Positions 1 to 6,380 of a stretch of DNA of 11,178 nt are shown in pieces. The position numbers were made by a program, and so were the translations under genes. The stretch is from NCBI GenBank assembly GCA_033764315.1, contig JANRJA010000030.1:1-11178 (forward strand). The letters are read 5' to 3'. The stretch's first letter is position 1; every line of letters starts with the position of its first letter. The stretch is from Oculatellaceae cyanobacterium bins.114. Lineage in GTDB: Bacteria > Cyanobacteriota > Cyanobacteriia > Elainellales > Elainellaceae. The notes under the pieces were generated by a model. The model made no database searches. It had not been told where the DNA came from and was given only the letters and a program-made list of their open reading frames with translations.

Positions 1-1
1 A

Positions 2-733
2 CTGGCTTGGGGCGCTAGTTTGCTCGGTCAAAAACAGCCAACTCATCGTTACACTTATGGGTTACGCGGTTCCTCTATTCTGGTTTCACTTCTCAATGCC
101 GTTTTGCTGCTACTGGCGATGGGAGCGATCGCCTGGGAAGCGCTCCAAAGAATTGGTCATCCCGAACCCATTGCAGGTGGAACAGTGATTTGGGTTGCAG
201 TAGTTGGAATTGTCATCAACACGATTACCGCTCTGCTCTTTATGTCAGGACGACATGGAGATTTAAATATTCGTGGAGCCTTTTTACATATGGCAGCCGA
301 TGCAGGTGTGTCGGCGGGAGTTGTCTTGGCTGGTATCACAATTGTACTAACAGGCTGGCAATGGGTTGATCCAGTTGTCAGCCTGATTATCGTTGCTGTT
401 GTTGTAGTTGGCACTTGGCAACTACTGAAAGACTCAGTAAATCTAGCGTTAGGTGCCGTTCCAGAAGGAATCGAACCCTTAGCAGTTCGCACCTTTCTAG
501 CAGAGCGTCCTGGGGTAACCGAAGTTCACGATCTTCACATCTGGGCAATGAGTACCACTGAGACTGCTCTTACAGCGCATCTCATCATGCCAGAAGGTCA
601 CCCCGGTGATGACTTTCTGCTGAATCTTTGTCATGAACTCCATGAGCATTTTGGAGTCGGGCATCCCACAATTCAAATTGAAATTGGGGATGCTCAACAA
701 TCCTGTCCTTTAGCTCCCGATCGAGTTGTTTAA
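2..733 (+). CDS. czcD: Cation diffusion facilitator (CDF) Zn/Cd/Co efflux transporter, CzcD/ZitB-like; 5'-truncated by the window edge
   Basis: The frame is open from nt 2 (LAWGASLLGQK...). CDF motifs are present: YTYG..R, LN(I)RGAFLHMAAD (TM5 HxxxD), DPVVS, and a C-terminal cytosolic domain with VHDLHIW, TAHL and HELHEHFGVGHPTIQIE. Confidence 0.93.
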   Translation: MAWGASLLGQKQPTHRYTYGLRGSSILVSLLNAVLLLLAMGAIAWEALQRIGHPEPIAGGTVIWVAVVGIVINTITALLFMSGRHGDLNIRGAFLHMAADAGVSAGVVLAGITIVLTGWQWVDPVVSLIIVAVVVVGTWQLLKDSVNLALGAVPEGIEPLAVRTFLAERPGVTEVHDLHIWAMSTTETALTAHLIMPEGHPGDDFLLNLCHELHEHFGVGHPTIQIEIGDAQQSCPLAPDRVV

Positions 734-752
734 GGCTGACTCAGCTTCTGTA

Positions 753-1547
753 TCATCTGGGAAGATTTGGAGTCTGCTGGATTTGCTGGATATAACTCAA
801 TGTTTGACTGTAGCTTTCTTGATCACCTGCTTGCCGAAACAATCGGGCAGCAGTCTGCAAATCTTGTAGTGCCGCTTGTTGATTTCCAGTTTGAGCATAG
901 AGAATACCCCTATTTCCATAAGCGTCTGGAAGATTAGGGTTAAGCTGGATTGCTTGGGTGAAATCGGAGATGGCGGCTGTTGCGTCTCCTAAAGCCGTTT
1001 TAGCTTTTCCCCGATTATAGTAAGCATCAGCATAATTGGGATTCGCTCGAACTGCTTGGTTTAAGTCATCGATAGCAGTCTGCAAGTCACCCATCTCCGC
1101 GTGAATAATGCCACGATTGTTATATGCTTCCGCGTAGTTAGGATTGAGACTGATCGCTTGTGTCAAATCAGTCAATGCACCCGGCAAATCCCCGGTATCG
1201 GCTCTTGCTTCTCCTCGGTTATAAATAGCTCTAGCACTATTAGGATCAAGTTGAACTGCTCGCTCAAAATCTGCGATCGCTCGTCTAAAGTCTCCTAAGT
1301 CATGGAGTGCCAGTCCTCGATCAATATAAGCCTCAGTGTATCTTGAATTAGCTGCAATGGCTTGGGTATAGGCAGCGATTGCCCCCTGTAGGTCGCCTTG
1401 TCTTGCACGAGTTTGTCCTTGATTCAGTAGTTCAACCGCTCTATTGTGCGTCGTAGTGGGCTGAACCGCTTGCGCCTGAATTGTGGGAGCAATCACAGCT
1501 ATCAACGTTAAGGTTCCAAGTAGCGTAGCAATCTTGTAAAACTTCAT
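753..1547 (-). CDS. Secreted tetratricopeptide-repeat (TPR) protein
   Basis: About six 34-aa repeats of the form AYxNRG...GD...AIxDxxQAIxLNPN. N-terminal Sec signal ending AQA. AAGGAG RBS at 1555-1560 on the minus strand. Confidence 0.9.
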   Translation of the reverse strand: MKFYKIATLLGTLTLIAVIAPTIQAQAVQPTTTHNRAVELLNQGQTRARQGDLQGAIAAYTQAIAANSRYTEAYIDRGLALHDLGDFRRAIADFERAVQLDPNSARAIYNRGEARADTGDLPGALTDLTQAISLNPNYAEAYNNRGIIHAEMGDLQTAIDDLNQAVRANPNYADAYYNRGKAKTALGDATAAISDFTQAIQLNPNLPDAYGNRGILYAQTGNQQAALQDLQTAARLFRQAGDQESYSQTLSYIQQIQQTPNLPR

Positions 1548-1658
1548 CGTCTAACTCCTTACATTCACTGCCTCTATTTTGGCTCAATATTCAGTTGCCT
1601 CAGCACATTGCTTGATAAATGGGTTTAGGAAGACAGCCAGAAAGATTCTAGTTAGGAC

Positions 1659-1690
1659 TTGACTCTCTAGTCAACTAGAGACTTTAGGAT
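1659..1690 (+). promoter_or_regulatory. MerR-family promoter/operator P1 (ZntR/CadR-like), 20-bp spacer
   Basis: TTGACT-CTCTAGTCAACTAGAGACTT-TAGGAT, with a perfect dyad TCTCTAGT-CA-ACTAGAGA at 1664-1681 between the -35 and -10. Same architecture as the E. coli zntA promoter. Confidence 0.88.
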
Positions 1691-1798
1691 TACGACAAGA
1701 GTTAAAACGTTGGTTGCAAAGAAAGTTATTCAGCTCCAATCCAAGCTTGCAATACACCTCAGAACTCATCCTAATTAAATCCATTTCAAAGGTCAGAA

Positions 1799-2704
1799 AT
1801 GAATCGGTTTATTACTGCGATCGCTATCGTTACCACATTATCCATTGTTCAAGGCTGCACACAACTTGCTCAAGTGAAGGAGGAACCTAAAATGACAACG
1901 ACAATACATACCAATGTAGCCCACACAGAAGAAACCAATCATAGTCATCCCGCCACTCATACAACCAATCATGATGAACATGGAGATGACCATGCAAACA
2001 CATCTACATCAACTCAAGCAAAACTCACAACCATTGGTGTAATTTCTCCTAATACTTCTACTACACTTCAGATTGATGTACAGAATGAGGATGGAAACGC
2101 GATCGCTCAGTTCAATCAATTCCAGGAGCAGATCATGCACCTGATTGCAGTCAGCGATGATTTGCAGGTCTTTCAACATCTCCATCCAATTTACAAAGGC
2201 AATGGACGATTTGAGGTTGAAACCCAGTTTTCCCAATCTGGGAATTACACCCTCTTTAGTGATTACCAGCCAGCAGGACAAACAGAGCAAGTCTCCGTTT
2301 TGAAAACCCAAGTTGCTGGAAATAACTCTCCTACGGCTGAAGTGAACTGGAGCCGTACCAAAACCTTTAATGAAACCACTGTTGGCTTTGCTCCAAATCA
2401 AGCAACGATTCGAGCAGGTCAAGAGGTTGTTTTGCGGTTTAACTTACAAGATGCAACCAGTTATCAACCCATTACTGATTTACAGCCCTACCTGGGTGAA
2501 AAGGGGCATCTCGTTATTCTGCGTCAGTCTTCTGAACTCACACGAGAAAATTACATTCATGCCCATGCGGTGCATGATACACCTGGCAATCAAGTCTACT
2601 TCGCAACCCGGTTTCCTCAGCCCGGAAGATACAAACTGTGGGGACAGTTTAACCGCAATAGCGAAATCATTACGGCTGATTTTTGGGTAGAAGTGGTTCC
2701 GTAG
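1799..2704 (+). CDS. His-rich putative metal-binding exported (lipo)protein with two similar domains
   Basis: Signal peptide with lipobox-like VQGC, a linker with 8 His (HTNVAH...HDEHGDDH), and two repeats: MHLIAV..DL..FQHLHP...F...GxYxLF and GHLVIL...YIHAHA...F..PGxYxLW. It lies downstream of P1. Confidence 0.82.
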   Translation: MNRFITAIAIVTTLSIVQGCTQLAQVKEEPKMTTTIHTNVAHTEETNHSHPATHTTNHDEHGDDHANTSTSTQAKLTTIGVISPNTSTTLQIDVQNEDGNAIAQFNQFQEQIMHLIAVSDDLQVFQHLHPIYKGNGRFEVETQFSQSGNYTLFSDYQPAGQTEQVSVLKTQVAGNNSPTAEVNWSRTKTFNETTVGFAPNQATIRAGQEVVLRFNLQDATSYQPITDLQPYLGEKGHLVILRQSSELTRENYIHAHAVHDTPGNQVYFATRFPQPGRYKLWGQFNRNSEIITADFWVEVVP

Positions 2705-2716
2705 TGATACATCGGC

Positions 2717-2768
2717 AGAGTATTGAGAGAAGTAGATGATAGTGTAGCTTCACTCCTCTCAATACTCT
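2717..2768. terminator. Inverted repeat between convergent genes; probable bidirectional terminator or 3' stabiliser
   Basis: Perfect 13-bp arms AGAGTATTGAGAG (2717-2729) and CTCTCAATACTCT (2756-2768), extendable by AGT/ACT after one mismatch. It sits between stops at 2704 (+) and 2793 (-). Confidence 0.7.
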
Positions 2769-2792
2769 TTCAGAAATACCCAAATAATTGCT

Positions 2793-3494
2793 CTATTTCA
2801 CATGAATAATATCTCTTAGATTGAACCAGTTATAGCGATGAATACCGTAAGGTAGAACAATCAGCAAAACAACAAATAAAATAGAAAGGATCATGCCCAA
2901 CGGTAGACCAATTGCAAAAGTTGAACCTAAAGATGTTAAAAGAAAGGTAGATGGAATCATTCCTAGTAGAGTAGCAGTTGCATAAATTGGCAGTGAGAGT
3001 CCTGTAATACCCGCCCCATAGCTAATTAAGTCAAACGACAAGACGGGTAGCAACCGTGTGATAAAAATAACCCATCCTAAATAAACCTCTCCTCGATTTT
3101 TGGAGAAGTAAATGACTTTTCCTGTAAGCGCACGAACTGCCGATCGCCCTAACGTGTATCCAATAAAGTAGGCAACCAAACCACCCAGAAAACCGCCAAT
3201 CACGCTGTAGATCCCTGCCAAAATCGGACCCCAAACCATACCTGCCGCAACCGCAAGCGGAGCACTGGGAATCGGGCTGATGACAACCGATAGTGCCAAA
3301 ACGCTGATGTAAACCAAGACTCCTCGCCATCCCCAGTTTTGAATGGCTTGCTTGAGTCCTTCCGCAGAAAACACGTTAAAGTCTGGACGAAACCAGAACC
3401 ATCCGCAAACGAAGAGACACAGTAATAGAATGGTCAGGGCGATCGCATTCTGATGGTTGAGAAATCGCTGCTTTTTTCGTCGTTTGCGCTTCAT
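2793..3494 (-). CDS. TVP38/TMEM64 family (DedA/VTT, SNARE-associated) membrane protein
   Basis: Family motifs VISPIPSAPLAVAAG..WG...G, AYFIG..LGR, RLLPVLSFDLISYGAG.TGL and T..GMIP. ATG at 3494 is preferred over TTG at 3500. Confidence 0.9.
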   Translation of the reverse strand: MKRKRRKKQRFLNHQNAIALTILLLCLFVCGWFWFRPDFNVFSAEGLKQAIQNWGWRGVLVYISVLALSVVISPIPSAPLAVAAGMVWGPILAGIYSVIGGFLGGLVAYFIGYTLGRSAVRALTGKVIYFSKNRGEVYLGWVIFITRLLPVLSFDLISYGAGITGLSLPIYATATLLGMIPSTFLLTSLGSTFAIGLPLGMILSILFVVLLIVLPYGIHRYNWFNLRDIIHVK

Positions 3495-3500
3495 AAGCAA

Positions 3501-3631
3501 CTAACCAGGACATTGCCCATTTTGGCATTCTGGTCCACGAGCAATGTGAGCATCATAGAACGCCTTTACAGCAGTTGGATCGTAGCTGTCTAGCTTTTGT
3601 AGATATCCCAAGGCAGTGAGAGCGATCGCAT
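3501..3631 (-). pseudogene. 3' remnant of a DUF3105-like gene
   Basis: The frame 3635->3501 reads NNAIALTALGYLQKLDSYDPTAVKAFYDAHIARGPECQNGQCPG*, resembling the DUF3105 C-terminus as I recall it (IALTAWG..L.LD..D...I.AF......RGPE). An in-frame TAA lies immediately upstream (3638-3636). An out-of-frame ATG at 3631 overlaps HIP1 at 3622-3629. Confidence 0.7.
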
Positions 3632-3644
3632 TGTTTTACTCAGG

Positions 3645-4649
3645 TTATGAATCCAGTTCATTCCACGTTTTGCCACCGTCTTGTGATTGAAAGACGGCAT
3701 TGTTCTCATTAACAGCATAGAAAGTTCGAGTATCACGAGGGGAAATCGCTAGATATAAAACTGTACCCTCTAAGCCATCGCTCCAACGTTCCCAAGATTG
3801 TCCATTATCCACACTGCGGTATAAACCAGTATCAGCAGGAGAAATACGATATCCAAACATTACCGTCCGATCGCCATCTGCTTGTAGTGCTAATCCAGCG
3901 ACTGGAGCGGTAGCTGTACTGGAAATCAATGACCATGTTTTGCCCGCATCTCGGCTTTCATATAACCCTGCCTGTGTTGTCGCTAATACTCGCTCTGCAT
4001 TGAGAGGATCAACGTTAAGGCTAAACGGCATTGCTTCTAAACCACTGGCAGGCTGTTGTGTCCAGGTCTGTCCCTCATCGTTCGATACAAAAAAGCCTCG
4101 CTTCCCAGATGTAGCTAAACCATAAATGGTATCAGGATTGTTAGGCGCGATCGCCATTGCATGAAAATCTACCCCTGGCATGGAAACTGCTTGCCAATCT
4201 ACTCCTCGATTTTGGCTCACCTGAAACCCTAAATTGCCCCCTTCTGGCGGGTGCCCACTGGCATAAAAGCGGTTTACATCAGTGGGGTGAGCAATGAACC
4301 CCATGTAATCATATTGCTCTTTTACCCACAACCACTGACCTGTCTCAGATCGCTTCAAAAGCCCGTTGTGACTGGCAATATAAATAATTTGAGGATTATC
4401 AGGACTGACGGTTAATCCATGAATATGATTATTTGCCTGCCAGTTTTCGGCTGGTTTTAGAGACGCTGCTGAAGTCGTGGGCACTGGTGCGCTATCTGTT
4501 TGGTTCGATGGCGATTGAGATGCAGCACTGGATACCTCATCTCTGGTGGGCTGGATGGTGCAGCTAGACAACAAAACTGTGCCTCCCAACAGGGCTAAAC
4601 CAGCCACAAGTACACCAGTAATGATTTTGCTACGTTTTATCATATTCAT
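3645..4649 (-). CDS. BNR/Asp-box beta-propeller lipoprotein (F510_1955 'glycosylhydrolase'-like family)
   Basis: Lipobox LSSC, Ser/Pro/Thr linker, repeated S-x-D-x-G-x-T/S-W Asp boxes, and family motifs HIHGL, ASHNGL, DYMGF, FYASGHP, GNLG and DFHAM. Start may be 4649 or 4643. Confidence 0.85.
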   Translation of the reverse strand: MNMIKRSKIITGVLVAGLALLGGTVLLSSCTIQPTRDEVSSAASQSPSNQTDSAPVPTTSAASLKPAENWQANNHIHGLTVSPDNPQIIYIASHNGLLKRSETGQWLWVKEQYDYMGFIAHPTDVNRFYASGHPPEGGNLGFQVSQNRGVDWQAVSMPGVDFHAMAIAPNNPDTIYGLATSGKRGFFVSNDEGQTWTQQPASGLEAMPFSLNVDPLNAERVLATTQAGLYESRDAGKTWSLISSTATAPVAGLALQADGDRTVMFGYRISPADTGLYRSVDNGQSWERWSDGLEGTVLYLAISPRDTRTFYAVNENNAVFQSQDGGKTWNELDS

Positions 4650-4695
4650 CCAAATTTTTGATCAGCCGTTTCTCAATATCTCAGTTGCTACTACC

Positions 4696-4727
4696 ATACT
4701 AAAGTCTCCAGTAGAATGTAGAGTCAA
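4696..4727 (-). promoter_or_regulatory. MerR-family promoter/operator P2, 20-bp spacer, driving the propeller-(DUF3105)-TVP38 unit
   Basis: Minus strand reads TTGACT-CTACATTCTACTGGAGACTT-TAGTAT, 26/32 identical to P1. Imperfect dyad TCTACATT-CT-ACTGGAGA. Confidence 0.82.
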
Positions 4728-4835
4728 GGGACTGGCAATATTTTCTTACATGTGCAATAAAGCTTTGGAGTGAGGTGGCTCTACTACTCTGTCACTGCTC
4801 ATTCACTTGCAATGTCTGCCAGACAAATTAAGTTT

Positions 4836-5300
4836 ATGTCAAATCAACAAACTGTCACTCGCTCCTCTCGTTGGCTAAACTCACCTGAATGGAATGTAGC
4901 TATCTTCTCTTTTCTACTATCTTTTGTCTGGGAAATCCAGCAGATGCCGCTGTATCAAGTCCCGCCTGAGCATTCGTGCTTTGTCATGATCAGATACTGC
5001 ACATTGGCGACAGTAGGCGATGTTGGGATTATGCTGGTTGCCTTTTGGGTAGTTGCTGCCCTGTCAAAGTCACGATACTGGGTTCAGCAACCAACTTGGA
5101 GACAAATTGGCGTGTTTACCCTAGTAGGAGTTTTAATCACGGTTGTTTTTGAGGATTTAGCAACCCGATGGTTGGGTATATGGACATACGCCAATTCCAT
5201 GCCGATTCTTCCGCTTGTAGGCACTGGGCTATCACCGCTCCTAATGTGGATACTTCTTCCACCACTTACCATTTGGTTCGTTAAACGCCAACTTTGCTAG
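4836..5300 (+). CDS. Uncharacterised integral membrane protein (about 4 TM)
   Basis: Hydrophobic segments with WEIQQMPLY, C....RYC..AT.GD, E..A....G.WTY...MP and GLSPLL.W motifs. The start is uncertain (ATG 4812 or 4836; the ORF track uses GTG 4770). Confidence 0.78.
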   Translation: MSNQQTVTRSSRWLNSPEWNVAIFSFLLSFVWEIQQMPLYQVPPEHSCFVMIRYCTLATVGDVGIMLVAFWVVAALSKSRYWVQQPTWRQIGVFTLVGVLITVVFEDLATRWLGIWTYANSMPILPLVGTGLSPLLMWILLPPLTIWFVKRQLC

Positions 5301-5419
5301 TCAATTTTGAATGAGCTATATGACGCTCTAAAGAGTTGTCCATCAGCAAACTCCTCAAAATTCTCTTATTTTTTGAATCTTTGCATTGCAGTAGCAGTAA
5401 TGGTACTAGCAGTACTATT

Positions 5420-5887
5420 TTAGGTTTTATCATCTTCTCCAAAACTGCTTATTTTAACTGAGCGCTCAATTAAGCCACAGACTGTCCTGCCGCAGTAAGT
5501 TTCTATATGGATAGCAGATGCATCAGCAAGTGAGATTTCAATCTGTTCATATCGGTTAGCTAAGTCTCGACGAAACGCCTGCATCTCTTGAATCCGTTGA
5601 TCTAATTCATCGAGGTGTTGCTTCACCATACGCCTCAGATCAGCACAAGGAGGTGTTCCGCTAGTGCTGATCTCAATCAATTGTTCTATTTCATTCAGCG
5701 ATAGTCCAAACTGCTTGGCTTTCTGAATAAAGCGTAACCGTTCTTCATCTTCTGTAGTATAAAGGCGGTAATTCGATGCAGTACGTTTGGGTGAGTTAAG
5801 CAGCCCCAATCGTTCATAGTATCTAATGGTTTGGGTGGGTAGGTGTACTCGTTGACTCAACTCACCGATCAATAAGCCTTCTTTCAT
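5420..5887 (-). CDS. MerR-family heavy-metal-responsive transcriptional regulator
   Basis: MerR HTH (IGELS...TIRYYERLGLL..P.R...NYRLY), LRFIQKAKQFGLSL.EI, a coiled coil, and Cys81, Cys132 and Cys137. AAGGAG RBS at 5901-5906. Confidence 0.95.
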   Translation of the reverse strand: MKEGLLIGELSQRVHLPTQTIRYYERLGLLNSPKRTASNYRLYTTEDEERLRFIQKAKQFGLSLNEIEQLIEISTSGTPPCADLRRMVKQHLDELDQRIQEMQAFRRDLANRYEQIEISLADASAIHIETYCGRTVCGLIERSVKISSFGEDDKT

Positions 5888-5906
5888 AATTTCGTTAACA
5901 CTCCTT

Positions 5907-5937
5907 AAGCAGAAGGGAAATAGTTTCCCTCCTGCTT
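5907..5937 (-). other. Intra-operon RNA hairpin between the thioredoxin-fold gene and the MerR gene
   Basis: Minus-strand RNA AAGCAGGAGGGAAA-CUA-UUUCCCUUCUGCUU forms a 14-bp stem with one G:U pair. It has no U-tract and is followed directly by the MerR RBS. Confidence 0.7.
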
Positions 5938-5944
5938 GCTTACT

Positions 5945-6220
5945 CTATTGTTGTCCAATGCCAGCTTCAATCAGGGCTTTACGAGAAATCGGTTGCTGAT
6001 TCTGACAACACCCTGCTAGTTTGCCGTCAACTACAACTGCTGGAACTCGATGAATTCCATACTGGTTTGCCTTTTCACGACATTCATTGGTTGAACATCC
6101 TTCACGTAAATCCCACACTTGAATTTCACAGCTTGTACAAGCTAACTCTCTCACCAGCTTGACGGTTTCATCACATAGCGGGCAACCCGCTGTAAAGACT
6201 TCAATTAAATGCTGAGTCAT
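5945..6220 (-). CDS. Small Cys-rich thioredoxin/glutaredoxin-fold protein
   Basis: IEVFTAGCPLC active-site-like CxxC and the cis-Pro motif YGIHRVPAVVVDGK, plus CTSC, CSTNEC and CC (8 Cys in 91 aa). AGGAGG RBS at 6229-6234. Confidence 0.88.
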   Translation of the reverse strand: MTQHLIEVFTAGCPLCDETVKLVRELACTSCEIQVWDLREGCSTNECREKANQYGIHRVPAVVVDGKLAGCCQNQQPISRKALIEAGIGQQ

Positions 6221-6247
6221 CTCAAGGTCCTCCTAAGTGCTAACCTC

Positions 6248-6279
6248 AGCGTAAACCTTCTACCTAACTTCAAGGTCAA
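6248..6279 (-). promoter_or_regulatory. MerR-family promoter/operator P3, 20-bp spacer, driving the thioredoxin-MerR operon
   Basis: Minus strand reads TTGACC-TTGAAGTTAGGTAGAAGGTT-TACGCT, with dyad ACCTT-N12-AAGGT. It lies 27 nt upstream of the ATG at 6220. Confidence 0.8.
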
Positions 6280-6318
6280 GAGATAAAACTGTAATCAATT
6301 GTTATAGTTCAGCACCTA

Positions 6319-6335
6319 TTTCATCATGATTTTAT
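6319..6335 (+). promoter_or_regulatory. Candidate CopR/NrsR(RppA)-type direct-repeat box
   Basis: TTTCAT-CATGA-TTTTAT, one mismatch from the TTTCAT-N5-TTTCAT box described for Synechocystis CopR, upstream of the multicopper oxidase. The AT-rich context lowers significance. Confidence 0.45.
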
Positions 6336-6380
6336 TTTTCTGCATTAAATCTGGAGATAGGCATCCTATAACCATTGGTC

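Noticed and set aside
3432..3632. The peptide NAIALT occurs both in the TVP38 N-terminus and in the DUF3105 remnant
   Set aside because: DNA identity is essentially HIP1 plus 3 nt and the following codons differ. HIP1 read as A-I-A explains it without a duplication.
5388..5417. Short GCAGTA/GTACTA reiterations between convergent genes
   Set aside because: Too short and irregular to be an array, STRR or terminator.
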